A stretch of 64,000 nt of DNA from an uncultured Ignavibacteria bacterium. Its GTDB lineage: Bacteria; Zixibacteria; MSB-5A5; RBG-16-43-9. The stretch lies in contig CAZMZF010000008.1 in the NCBI GenBank assembly GCA_964570765.1, positions 27,301 through 91,300 of the forward strand. The letters run 5' to 3'. Made by a program: the position numbers and the translations under genes. Under the pieces are notes generated by a model. That model saw only the letters and a list, made by a program, of their open reading frames with translations, was not told the DNA's origin and searched no databases. Below are positions 47,066 to 57,094 of this stretch, piece after piece (position 1 is the first letter of the stretch; each line of letters starts with the position of its first letter).

Positions 47066-48934
47066 CTAAAATTCTTTTTCTGTTTCTTCACCTAAGAATT
47101 TAAGGACATTGACCCATTCCGGGTCGTCTTTCATACTTTCCCGGTCAACCAGGGTGGTAAGCTCTTTGAATTTTTCGTAATTTTTCTTTGCCCCGGATTT
47201 ATCCTGCTTTGCAGTGTAGGCGAGTGCTAATTTAACATAGACCTGTTTGGAGTTGGAGTTCAGCTTTTTAGCCTTAGAGTAGCTTTCCACTGCTCCTGAA
47301 TAATCTTTGGAATTATACTGGGCATTCCCTAATTCCATAAACCCGTTGAAAAATTTTGAATTTTGTTCGGTCACCTTTTTCAGGTCCGTAACTGCTTTTT
47401 CGTATTCCCCAGTTTTGATATAATCCTGTGCCCGGCTGTAAAGAGCATTAAAATCGCCTGGAGTAACATTCAGTGTCTGAGTATAACACAGAGCCGCTTT
47501 ATTGTAATTACCTTTTTCCTCAAACAGCTTAGCTCCCTGAGAGAAATCTGCCAGGGCTTTGGTCTGATCACCGATCTTAAGATAGGAATTTCCTCTTCCT
47601 AAGTAAGCCTCAGGATTATCGGAATTCATAAGGAGACTTCTGTTATAGTTTTCCACTGCTCCGGCGAAGTTTCCGGCATCGAATTCTTTTTGAGCTGAGG
47701 TGAAGTAATCCGTCTGTCCTTTAGAAGAGAGGGCAGAGCTGGATGAGGTTTCGATTTTAGGAAGATTTGCTTTTATACCGGAGGTTTTCTTTTCCTTGAC
47801 TGTTACATTACCGGTCCAATCCTGATAGTTATCTTTGGCAAGCCTTAAATTATGAGTGCCAGGTGTGATGTCTGAGTAAACGTTATTTCCTACTCCCAAG
47901 TATTCTCCATCTATAAAAACTATCACGCCTGGAACATTGGATTCTATTTTGATGGAGCCTAACTGTGACTTTGAGGCTGAAGGTAGATTAGGGGTTCCCG
48001 GTTTAGTTTGAGGTTCGGTTCTTTTCTCTACAGAACTTATCCGGATGGGTGAAACTACTTCACTCTCTGAAATAAGTTCCACCACTGTGGTGGTGATCTG
48101 TTTCTTTAATACTACTGCATTCTCCCTTGAAGGTTTAAATCCTTTAAACTGGGTTTGCAGCTCATAGGTGCCGGCTGGCAGGGCATCCAGTATGAAAAAT
48201 CCCAAATCGTTAGAGTGAATTTTTTTTCCCAGATTCTTAAGCTCGATAATAGCACCGGGAACAAATGCACCTGTGCCTTTATCAATCACCGCTCCCACGA
48301 TCTTGCCGGAATCCTTATACCCGGTGAAGTTAAATTGAAAGATGAAGAAGAGAATTACAATCCCTAAAGCAAAGGCTCCCCAGTAGAAAGGTTTCTTGCT
48401 GGGCTCTAAGTGCCTGAGCTCAAACTCCCTGTCCCCGATTCTCATCTCGTCACCGGAATGAATCTTAAACCCACCGGCTATCTTTATTACATTCTCTCTG
48501 TAATGAGCAATCCCTTTAGTTGAGACTTTTTGCTCTTCTAAGGGTTTTGGCTGATCGAGGGTATCCAGTTCCGTTGTCTCAGCTTCTGATTCAACGGTTT
48601 TTATCTCATCCGCTGCAGGTGTTTCAGGGAAACTGTCCTGGGAATCCAACCTCTCTTTTCTCTTATAAATTCTCGTTCTTTTCGGTTTTTCCTCTACCAG
48701 ATTTTCTTTTTCGATACTTTCGGGTTTTGAAGATACTGGTTCGGGCTTTTCAATCATCGCCTCGATCGGGGACTGGATCTCAATCTTCTGGGTATCACCC
48801 TCTTTTTTCTTCATAGATTGAGTTGGGTTTTCAGGATTTTCTTCTTTTCTTTCTTCGACTGCTATTTTAGTTTCCTCAGGATTATCTCTGATCTCCTGAG
48901 AGTTTTCCAGAGGTTTGTTTTCTTCTTGACTCAC
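47066..48934 (-). CDS. Membrane protein: acidic disordered N-terminus, TM, carboxypeptidase-regulatory-like and PEGA domains, TPRs
   Basis: E/K/P-rich N-terminus; TM FYWGAFALGIVILFF; GAVIDKGTG..PGA; IESNVPGVIVFIDG..PGTHNLRL; C-terminal TPRs. Confidence 0.8.
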   Translation of the reverse strand: MSQEENKPLENSQEIRDNPEETKIAVEERKEENPENPTQSMKKKEGDTQKIEIQSPIEAMIEKPEPVSSKPESIEKENLVEEKPKRTRIYKRKERLDSQDSFPETPAADEIKTVESEAETTELDTLDQPKPLEEQKVSTKGIAHYRENVIKIAGGFKIHSGDEMRIGDREFELRHLEPSKKPFYWGAFALGIVILFFIFQFNFTGYKDSGKIVGAVIDKGTGAFVPGAIIELKNLGKKIHSNDLGFFILDALPAGTYELQTQFKGFKPSRENAVVLKKQITTTVVELISESEVVSPIRISSVEKRTEPQTKPGTPNLPSASKSQLGSIKIESNVPGVIVFIDGEYLGVGNNVYSDITPGTHNLRLAKDNYQDWTGNVTVKEKKTSGIKANLPKIETSSSSALSSKGQTDYFTSAQKEFDAGNFAGAVENYNRSLLMNSDNPEAYLGRGNSYLKIGDQTKALADFSQGAKLFEEKGNYNKAALCYTQTLNVTPGDFNALYSRAQDYIKTGEYEKAVTDLKKVTEQNSKFFNGFMELGNAQYNSKDYSGAVESYSKAKKLNSNSKQVYVKLALAYTAKQDKSGAKKNYEKFKELTTLVDRESMKDDPEWVNVLKFLGEETEKEF

Positions 48935-49136
48935 AGCTCACCTCTTTAAAAAAAAGTTTTTACTTTAGGGGGTTTTTTCTTCTTCGCTCATAGCTCCACT
49001 CATCAATGAATTATTTTCTTTAAATTTTAATTTAAAATTTTATCTCAATTTTATTATCGACTTTAAAGGGATTATCTTTAGTAACAAGAGAGAGTTATAT
49101 CGTAGTGCGACCCCCTCAGGGTTGCAAAAAGAAAGC

Positions 49137-49952
49137 TTAACGGACTTTTAAACTGGGGTTCCCGTAGCAATAAAGACAACTATGATAACAGTGGAACCAC
49201 CTGCCTATATTTATAGATTTAGTGCAGTGACAGCTTATCCTCTGGGTTTTATCCTTAACTAAAGAGCAAAGCTCTTTTTGTGGATGAAGCTCTATCAGGG
49301 TTTTACCATCGATACAGCCTTTTGAGGTGATCTCCGGCAGGACACAGGTGGAAACTTCCAGTCCAAGCTTTTCAACCTGGGGGGTCATTTTTTTCAGAAT
49401 GAAACCTTCAATCTCTTTTAAAGGATGTTCTATTGTCTGGAAATTACATTTACTCAATCGTTTTTTTACCTTAGGATATAGGGTTACATAAGAGGTTATT
49501 ACCCTTTTAACACCCAGAGGCTTAAGGAAGTTTAAGATATGCTGAAAAATGGTTGGGTCAATATTGGTCAGGTGATTTTTTTTATCATAAACCACCTCGA
49601 TTAAGGGGTCATACCTTAAAGCCAGCCTCAAAGGAGAGCCTAAGAAATCTACTAAATCTGGTAAATTCTTTAAAACCATATCAGTCTCAGGTGCTTTCGG
49701 TTCTAAAGGAGTTCCTCCTAAGCCAGTTACAGTCAATAAAAGATAGAGCTGATCAAAAGTCTTAAGATATTTTCTCAGGAATTTATTTTTGAAGATGTTC
49801 TGAGGATTTTTAGTCCAGAGAACTAAGGTATGGATATTCTTTTTTCCGATCTCTTCTAACCTCTGGATCAAATAATCCGGATAAAAGCTCAAAAGGTCAA
49901 CTCTCCGGCTGGCGGAGATGATTTTTTTAAGTTCAGGTTGGATTATACTCAT
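49137..49952 (-). CDS. DUF1848-family protein (radical-SAM-like fold)
   Basis: IISASRRVD...FYP, VLWTKNP, RYDP, GCID, QR..CHC..S..IG..CYHSCLYCYG. Confidence 0.85.
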   Translation of the reverse strand: MSIIQPELKKIISASRRVDLLSFYPDYLIQRLEEIGKKNIHTLVLWTKNPQNIFKNKFLRKYLKTFDQLYLLLTVTGLGGTPLEPKAPETDMVLKNLPDLVDFLGSPLRLALRYDPLIEVVYDKKNHLTNIDPTIFQHILNFLKPLGVKRVITSYVTLYPKVKKRLSKCNFQTIEHPLKEIEGFILKKMTPQVEKLGLEVSTCVLPEITSKGCIDGKTLIELHPQKELCSLVKDKTQRISCHCTKSINIGRWFHCYHSCLYCYGNPSLKVR

Positions 49953-50190
49953 TTCAAGGCATTCTAAGGGGAAAGTTAAACTCCACTTCTTTATGTAATT
50001 TACTTCCAGTAAAATTTAAGAAAGGGAAATCTGTTTAGCAAGTTAATTGATAAGGAGCTTTGATTTTCGTAGTGCGACCCTTTTAGGGTCGCTTGTTTTT
50101 CCTCGTAACGTCCGACACAAGAGTCGGGCGTTACGAATTTTCTTGTTTTTACTCTTGAACTTTTGAACCCTTGAACCTTTGAACCTTTCT

Positions 50191-50616
50191 TTACGGACAG
50201 TCCTGACAGGGCTTGGGTCCTCCCTTGAACAGATAATTTATCTTGTAAACCACATCTGAAACTGTTTCCTTTCCATCACAATTCACATCTCCTGCGATTA
50301 AGGGCACTGGTGCAGGACCACCTTTGAATAGATAGTTTATCTCACAGACCACATCCGATACGGTTATCTTCCCATCTCCATTACAATCCCCGCACAGATA
50401 AACATAAAAACTCCAATCCTGTTGGTCTGACCATCTTTCCGCTCCCCATTTATCATAGGATTTTACCTTCCAATACCAGAGCTTAAAGTCAAGGCTATCT
50501 GTAAGGGTAGTGTCGAGCAGGCTATCATAGACTATTGTTGAGTCAGGGTTAAAGACGATAGACCTGCTGAGGTATAAATCATAGCGAACCGTGTCATCCG
50601 GGTCAGGGTCGAAGAC
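50191..50616 (-). pseudogene. 5'-truncated FN3-like plus dockerin gene remnant
   Basis: Hand translation, not in track: VFDPDPDDTVRYDLYLS..WYWKVKSYD..CGDCNGDGKITVSDVVCEINYLFKGGP..GDVNCDG..CP*. In-frame TAA immediately upstream, within a repeat element. Confidence 0.85.
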
Positions 50617-50660
50617 TTACCACACTGAGTTAATCGAAGGGCGGGCATGCTTGACCTACA
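50606..50660 (-). repeat. GTAG REP with 39-bp-family element fused to the dockerin remnant
   Basis: Minus strand: gtaggtcaagcatgccc-gcccttcgattaactcagtgtggtaagtcttcgaccc. Confidence 0.7.
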
Positions 50661-50829
50661 AGACTAAGAGGTATAGATTTGATTGGAGGTAGGTTTGTTG
50701 GAGTGTAAATCACGCCAGAGGCAGATCTACCTTCGGCGGAGCTTTAGCTTTACCTGTTCATTCGGGAATTGTCATCAAGACCCCTTACGAACGTAATTCC
50801 CTAATGATATATGAATGAACAAAAAATAA

Positions 50830-51687
50830 TCACTCTGATCCATAAATTGAATCCTTTACAACTTCCTGAAGCTTGAGTATCGCGTTATGTAAAGTTCTTC
50901 GCTCAAATCTGATCTCCTCCAAATCGCCTTGCAGGCCACCTATATTTTTTACTCCATTTTCTACCATCAAAATTAAACTTTTCTTTTGACCAAGTGCATA
51001 TCCTTTTTCGTCAATAAGCCATCCAGAAGTATCGTAACTACCTTTTTTAGCCTTCGTTCGTCTGGTCATAACAATTAAGACGAGATCACAACGATCGATT
51101 CTTCCCTTGATTTTATCAGAGATTCTTCTGGCCCTCGGTCTTTCACCAGTAACCACATTTATACCAAGAATAGAGAGGGAATTCAGAACAGCGTCTACAA
51201 CTATGGAATCTTTTTTCGCAAAACTGCGACCCACAAATATCGAAGTTTTTGGTACTTCTGTTATGGCGGCAAGCCCTTCATCCGAGGTTTCTTCAACCAC
51301 TCGACGCTTCTCTTTCAGGGTTCCAAGGTATTTCTGCAAGTCAAAAAGTGCTTGATTGTGAAACTGGTCAAATTGTTCTAATTGTGTGCCGAAAGGGGCC
51401 GAAAGAACAGAGCGAAGTGTCGTGGCATTTAGTAAACAAGTCGTAACAAGATCCGGCGATCTAGGAGCATACATATGTTCACAGAAAATATAGTTCTCCA
51501 TTAGCCAAGTCTTAAGTTGATAGTATTGAGCTTCAAGCTTCTCAGTATATCCCTCCTTGGATGCTTGAGCAACGATAGAATATAATTTGCGCCATTTCCA
51601 TATAAAATCTTCTACAAGCTTTATTTGTCTCTCAAGTTCTTTTACAATCTTTTCATTCTTAATCTTCATCTCAATTATATCTTGCAA
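50830..51687 (-). CDS. Helical N-terminal domain plus C-terminal TIR-like nucleotide-binding domain (possible defence effector)
   Basis: IFVGRSF..ISDKIKGRIDRCDLVLIVMT..SGWLIDEKGYALG..LILMVE TIR signature with a Glu at the catalytic position. Confidence 0.75.
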   Translation of the reverse strand: MQDIIEMKIKNEKIVKELERQIKLVEDFIWKWRKLYSIVAQASKEGYTEKLEAQYYQLKTWLMENYIFCEHMYAPRSPDLVTTCLLNATTLRSVLSAPFGTQLEQFDQFHNQALFDLQKYLGTLKEKRRVVEETSDEGLAAITEVPKTSIFVGRSFAKKDSIVVDAVLNSLSILGINVVTGERPRARRISDKIKGRIDRCDLVLIVMTRRTKAKKGSYDTSGWLIDEKGYALGQKKSLILMVENGVKNIGGLQGDLEEIRFERRTLHNAILKLQEVVKDSIYGSE

Positions 51688-51956
51688 AGGTTGTTTTTCG
51701 AATTAAACATGTCTTTTTGGCATAGTAAATTAGCTGACTGATTCATATTGACATGATCTTGTGTATCTATCCATTTATATGATAAATCCGATCTCTAGCT
51801 TTTTTGTAGTCTTTAACTCCTCAATAGTGTGCCAGCATCCTTTTTTTCATATGGTGCGGGAAATCCAATTCCCGCATTAATTGAAACTTCCAAATTTTTG
51901 GGTGCATTCTAAAACAATAACTTTCAACTTTTCCAAGCACTCTTGACAGACAGTCA

Positions 51957-52418
51957 CTACATCGATGTGAGGAGTATCTTCAAAGTACCAACCCATTGAA
52001 CAGTTGATTTAGTTTCAGCTTGATTTGATGGCGCTGGAGGTACTGAATCTACGCGCTCCTCAGATCCATCTGTATGGATAAGAACAGCGGACATATGGCT
52101 AATCGGGGTTATACGCGAAGTAATGTTTACATTAATGTGTGCATGTGGTCGAACAGGTTTAATATGAATAGTCATAGTACGTTTTTTATGTAACACTTTC
52201 ATTTTATGGTCAACTCTCAGTTTGTCTTGCTGGACCTTATACCAGTCAGCAAACCCAATACGCCTTTTAAATTCCTTTTGCATTATCAATGTTACACTGT
52301 GAAAAACAGACAAGAATGCGCTAAGATTATATTTGAATGTATCACGTTCAGCCTGCTTTTCAATCATACGCTTTAGAAAGTACTCTGCCTCTAATAGTTT
52401 TTCATCTGTGTCAGTCAT
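51957..52418 (-). CDS. Hypothetical protein, accessory
   Basis: EKLLEAEYFL..FKYNLSAFLS..SVTLIMQKE..R...H; start moved to ATG 52418; C-terminus may be clipped. Confidence 0.6.
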   Translation of the reverse strand: MTDTDEKLLEAEYFLKRMIEKQAERDTFKYNLSAFLSVFHSVTLIMQKEFKRRIGFADWYKVQQDKLRVDHKMKVLHKKRTMTIHIKPVRPHAHINVNITSRITPISHMSAVLIHTDGSEERVDSVPPAPSNQAETKSTVQWVGTLKILLTSM

Positions 52419-52501
52419 AGAAAAGCCTCGTTTTTTGTTGTTTGCTGCACAAAAAATTGGGGACAAGAAATGATTCACACTGAGTGTTAGTCGAAGTAAT
52501 G

Positions 52502-53287
52502 TCAATCCTCGGGTGGATATGGCCAGTCCTTTGCTATGGCTTCTTCGACAATCTTATTAAGTTGCGTAGTTGTCAAACCATATTTTTTCGCTGTCTCACT
52601 CTCGTATTTCTCATTTAAAAAACTCCTTAACTTTCCCTGCTTCAAGACTTGTTTGCCCGCATAAGAGGCAGAATAGTTTGGCTCTGAAGGATCAGGTAAT
52701 GGATACCGTTGCCAAGTTTCTCTATCTGCTCTGCGTTCAGCTTTAATCAGTTCATCCCAAATTTGCCTTCGCTTGTCTTCTGATAACCCAAATTTTTCCT
52801 CTGGTTTTGCACCAAGTTGGTTAATCTGGCGCTCATTTATGGAAATTTCAGGTTTACCATTTTCACCTATTTTGGTTAGCATCGCGATCCATTGACCAAG
52901 ACCCGCCTGAGCATATTCCTTTCTTGTGTAAGCATAAATACCTACATGAGTGGGATGGCTATGATATTTGAAACCACTTCGATCTGCCGTTTTAGAATAT
53001 AGTTCGTTGAGTAGACTTGTGAGATTTGTTTTAGATATTTCGCCTGAAACTAAAACGTTTAAGGTTACTTGGGTCTTAAGAGGTGCGTCATAAACGTCTT
53101 CATTCAAAATACTGTATCCGGGCAACACAACTTTGGGTTGCTCCACTGGTGTTGCCTGTGTTTCTGCTTTCTTCTCTTCCGATTTTGGCGGCTCTTGACG
53201 ACCGCAAGAAGTGAAAATCAACATTTGTATTAAAAGCGCTAAAACAAAACCGAGAGATAAAATTACTTTAAACGATCGTGAGTCCAT
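52502..53287 (-). CDS. Hypothetical lipoprotein
   Basis: RBS AGGAGG, lipobox IFTSC, Pro/Glu/Lys linker, then a globular domain. Confidence 0.75.
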   Translation of the reverse strand: MDSRSFKVILSLGFVLALLIQMLIFTSCGRQEPPKSEEKKAETQATPVEQPKVVLPGYSILNEDVYDAPLKTQVTLNVLVSGEISKTNLTSLLNELYSKTADRSGFKYHSHPTHVGIYAYTRKEYAQAGLGQWIAMLTKIGENGKPEISINERQINQLGAKPEEKFGLSEDKRRQIWDELIKAERRADRETWQRYPLPDPSEPNYSASYAGKQVLKQGKLRSFLNEKYESETAKKYGLTTTQLNKIVEEAIAKDWPYPPED

Positions 53288-53594
53288 TATCGCTCCTCCT
53301 CTCTTTATACCGGTATTTAGAATAGCTTGCTTATATCCAGATACTCAGTCTTTTGATCTTTTTAAATGATTCTTCCTTTCAAGTCTTGACATTTCTTGTT
53401 TTCTAAAAACTTTTTTACTAACTCAATAATAAGAAAGTATCCCTTCTTTTCTGAGTTTATCGAATTCTTTCTTAAAGAATATTATCTCAAGTTCTTTTTG
53501 TCAAGCAGTTTTATGGATATACTTGACCTACAAAATTGCTTGTGGCATTGTCACGATAAGAATTCTGTAGGGGCAATTCATGAATTGCCCCTAC

Positions 53595-54470
53595 CTATTT
53601 TATATATTCTAATCCCTTTTCAATGTCCAAAAGCTCGGTTGTAAGGAGTTTTTTGGCTTTATCGATTTTTAGTCCGCCCTCACGGGGGCGAGGGGCTTTC
53701 TGTTTTAACTTAGAGGTTTTAGCAGGTGAAATCAGATTTTGGTCAAAATTAAATTTTCTGGCTACTTTCAAAGCGAAATCGTAACGGGAAAGGTATTCGC
53801 TCCCGGCAATGTTTAAAATCCCGGAGAGACCTTTTTCTATTGCTTCCTTTATGGCACTGGCTAAGTTGTCTGCCAGGGTGGGGTTATTATACTGGTCGGT
53901 AACTATCTTAACTTTTTCTTTATTTGAGAGTTTCTGGATTAGCCATAAGACGAAATTTGGTCTTAAATTTTCACCTTTTCCATAAAGTACATTAGTGCGA
54001 ACGATTAAGAAATCTATCTTCCTTTCGAAAATTTCCTTCTCGCTTTCTAATTTGGTGAGTCCATAATAACCAACTGGATTTGGGGTATCATCCTCTGAAT
54101 AAGGGCCTTTTTTCCCATCGAAGATATAATCAGTGGATAGGTGAACCAGTTTAACTTTTATCTTCTTACATAAATCTACGAGAATTTTCACCCCATCTAC
54201 ATTCGCTGACCAGGCTAACTCTTTATTTTCTTCACAGCCATCCACATCCGTGTAAGCGGCTGTATTTATCACTACTTCAGGTTTAAAAGAAGAGAAAAGT
54301 TCTTTTAGTTTTTCTACTTGAAGGATACTTAAAGTCTTATAAGTAAAATTTTCTTCTGGAATGAAAGACTCAATCTGGAGATCGATTCCTGTGGTCTGAT
54401 GATCAGGAGAGAATATTTTAACCAGTTTCTGCCCTAAAAGTCCATTCGAGCCGGTGATTAAAACCCTCAT
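53595..54470 (-). CDS. rmlD: dTDP-4-dehydrorhamnose reductase
   Basis: ITGSNGLLG, NTAAYTDVD, STDYIFDG, YGLTK. Confidence 0.93.
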   Translation of the reverse strand: MRVLITGSNGLLGQKLVKIFSPDHQTTGIDLQIESFIPEENFTYKTLSILQVEKLKELFSSFKPEVVINTAAYTDVDGCEENKELAWSANVDGVKILVDLCKKIKVKLVHLSTDYIFDGKKGPYSEDDTPNPVGYYGLTKLESEKEIFERKIDFLIVRTNVLYGKGENLRPNFVLWLIQKLSNKEKVKIVTDQYNNPTLADNLASAIKEAIEKGLSGILNIAGSEYLSRYDFALKVARKFNFDQNLISPAKTSKLKQKAPRPREGGLKIDKAKKLLTTELLDIEKGLEYIK

Positions 54471-55504
54471 ACCCTTTCTCTTTTTCCGAATGGATCCATT
54501 CTGGATAGATAATGTTTCTCATAATATTTAAGATATTCCTCGCTTTTTATCTTTTCCCACCAGTTTCTATTGTTAATATACCACTCTACATTTTTTTTAA
54601 GTCCTTGCTCCAACTTTACTTTCAGCTTAAACCCTAACTCTTTTTTGCTTTTAGAGGAATTTAGAGCATACCTTCGGTCATGAGCTGGTCGGTCTTTGAC
54701 ATATTTTATTAAACTCTGGGGTTTATTCAGATATTCAAGGATAAGATTTGTTATCTCCAAGTTGGTTTTTTCCGCACCCCCACCGAGATTATAGATCTCA
54801 CCCTCTTTACCTTTATGCAGGACTAAATCAATACCTCTACAGTTATCCTCCACGTAAATCCAATCCCGGATATAAAGGCCGTCACCGTAAATCGGGAGTT
54901 CTTTATCCTCTAAGGCGTTGGTGATAAACAAGGGGATCAACTTTTCCGGGAACTGGTAAGGCCCATAATTATTAGATGAGCGGGTAATCAAAGCAGGTAG
55001 GTTGAAAGTTTTAAAATAGGACCGGACTAAAAGGTCTGCACCGGCTTTACTGGCTGAATAGGGGCTATTGGGCAAAAGCTGGCTTTCTTCAGTAAAGAAT
55101 TTTCCCTTCTCTATACTTCCATATACTTCATCTGTGGAGATCTGAATAAATCTTTTGAGCTTAAACTTTAAAGCTGATTCTAATAAAACCTGAGTGCCTA
55201 AAATATTAGATTGGACAAAGCTTTTGGGCTCATACAGGCTACGGTCAACATGAGTTTCTGCGGCGAAATTTACGATTACGTCTATATTCTGAGAAACGAG
55301 TTCTTCCACCAGTTTCTGGTCGCAGATATCACCTTTGATGAATTTATAATTAGGGGAAGAGTCTATATCAGAAAGGTTATCTAAATTACCAGCATAGGTA
55401 AGCTTATCTAAGTTTACGATTTGATATTGAGGATAATTCTTTAGAATATAATGGATGAAGTTGGAGCCGATAAAGCCCGCCCCCCCGGTGACTAAAATAT
55501 TCAT
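54467..55504 (-). CDS. rmlB: dTDP-glucose 4,6-dehydratase
   Basis: TGGAGFIGS, DKLTYAGN, AAETHVD, STDEVYG, YSASK, DRPAHDRRY. Confidence 0.96.
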   Translation of the reverse strand: MNILVTGGAGFIGSNFIHYILKNYPQYQIVNLDKLTYAGNLDNLSDIDSSPNYKFIKGDICDQKLVEELVSQNIDVIVNFAAETHVDRSLYEPKSFVQSNILGTQVLLESALKFKLKRFIQISTDEVYGSIEKGKFFTEESQLLPNSPYSASKAGADLLVRSYFKTFNLPALITRSSNNYGPYQFPEKLIPLFITNALEDKELPIYGDGLYIRDWIYVEDNCRGIDLVLHKGKEGEIYNLGGGAEKTNLEITNLILEYLNKPQSLIKYVKDRPAHDRRYALNSSKSKKELGFKLKVKLEQGLKKNVEWYINNRNWWEKIKSEEYLKYYEKHYLSRMDPFGKRERV

Positions 55505-55521
55505 TGAATCACTTTCAAAAA

Positions 55522-57063
55522 TTAATATGAATTTGTTTCAAATATTGTAAAATTTTTCACTTTTTTTATATATCTCTGAGCTCTTTTAAAGGAATCCAGT
55601 TTTAAGGGAAGTCTTGGTTTTTTACCTTCAAAAATTTCCTTCAGTGTTAAAATTTGAATCTTCGGATACTTTTCACCAGGGGGAGATTTATAATAACCTT
55701 TTAAGAAAGCCTCTTTTTTCATTGCAGAAGGAGGGGTCTCCAACGATATAAATATCCCGATGTTAGCTTTTTCTCCGTCTATAACGTGGCATAAATCCCT
55801 TATGCCTTTAACAGAAATTTTACCACTCTTAACTTGAACTATCGCGCTTTTAATTTTGTCTTTTTCATCCATAAAATATATATATCCATCAATGCCTGTA
55901 TCAGCCCCTCTTTTTTTATCACCAAAAGGTCTTGCATCTATAAGAGATAGAACCCACCACTGGAACTGATATCTATTCTGAAAAGCTAATTCTTTAGCGC
56001 CTTCAAGGTCAGCAGGCTCACCAATTACTTTATAGTGAATTTTCGGCTCTAATCTGAATTGATGTTTTAACCTCCACTTGATTAGATTTATTGCTAAATG
56101 AGTTATATCTATACCAATCCATTTGCGTTTAAATTTATGAGATACTGCTATAGTTGTTCCACAACCGCAGAAAGGGTCTAAGACAACATCATCCTCTTTT
56201 GAAGAAGCAAGGATAATCCTTTCTAAAATAGCTTCTGGTTTTTGAGTAGGATATCCTAATCTTTCTTTAGCAGCCCTATTAATCACTGGAATAGGCCACC
56301 AGTCCCTTGGTGGAACACCCGGCGATTTATCAAGATAGTCTCTATAAACCCAGTCTTGATGTGTTTCCTCAAGGGAAATATCAAGTCCTTGTTCACCTAC
56401 GTAAGGTCCTCCTTTTCCTCTTATTTGGAACTTTCTTCCAGCTTCATCTACATAGTTAAACTTTTTAAATGTTCCTTCACTATAAGGGATTGCAACCTCT
56501 TTCCAATTAAAAGTATGCTTATCGTTACTCTTTTTTGTATAGAAGAATATAACATCATGCTTTTTATTCCAATTTTTTTTGGAAATTTCTCTCTCTGAAT
56601 AACACCAGATAATCTCATTTCTAAAGTTTTCCTTCCCAAATACCGTGTCCATCAAAATTTTCAGGTAATGGCTAGCAGTTGGATCGCAATGGAGATAAAT
56701 AGAGCCAGTATCTTTAAGTATTCTTCTCAGCTCGAATAATCTTATACACATCATGGTCAGATATGCCATCACATCATTAATACCTATAAAATCCCTGAAA
56801 GCAATCATCATTTTAACTGCTTTTGCAGGTGCTTTTTCGACTATCTCTTGAAAAATTCTCTCTGTTTCTTCGGTCCAATGCCAAGTATCTTCAAAGGCTG
56901 TTATTTGAGCAGTTAAAGGTTTATCCGTTGGCTCTTTGAAAAGGATATTATAAGTTGCTTTAGAATTAAATGGAGGGTCTAAATAGATTAAATCAATAGA
57001 GTTATCTAAAACGTATCTTCTAAGTACTTTTAAATTGTCACCATAATAAAGAGTGTTTTCCAT
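55522..57063 (-). CDS. Amino-methyltransferase (N6/N4 DNA MTase) fused to a C-terminal PD-(D/E)xK-like nuclease domain
   Basis: LIYLDPPF, YPTQKP, LDPFCGCGTT; C-terminal GIDG..VQVKSG. Confidence 0.85.
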   Translation of the reverse strand: MENTLYYGDNLKVLRRYVLDNSIDLIYLDPPFNSKATYNILFKEPTDKPLTAQITAFEDTWHWTEETERIFQEIVEKAPAKAVKMMIAFRDFIGINDVMAYLTMMCIRLFELRRILKDTGSIYLHCDPTASHYLKILMDTVFGKENFRNEIIWCYSEREISKKNWNKKHDVIFFYTKKSNDKHTFNWKEVAIPYSEGTFKKFNYVDEAGRKFQIRGKGGPYVGEQGLDISLEETHQDWVYRDYLDKSPGVPPRDWWPIPVINRAAKERLGYPTQKPEAILERIILASSKEDDVVLDPFCGCGTTIAVSHKFKRKWIGIDITHLAINLIKWRLKHQFRLEPKIHYKVIGEPADLEGAKELAFQNRYQFQWWVLSLIDARPFGDKKRGADTGIDGYIYFMDEKDKIKSAIVQVKSGKISVKGIRDLCHVIDGEKANIGIFISLETPPSAMKKEAFLKGYYKSPPGEKYPKIQILTLKEIFEGKKPRLPLKLDSFKRAQRYIKKVKNFTIFETNSY

Positions 57064-57094
57064 ATAATAGTTCCTTCAGTTCCTAAAAGCTTCA

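Noticed and set aside
53330-53500. Short minus-strand gene remnant with an in-frame TGA, next to a REP
   Set aside because: Too short and AT-rich to assign to a family or to claim recoding.
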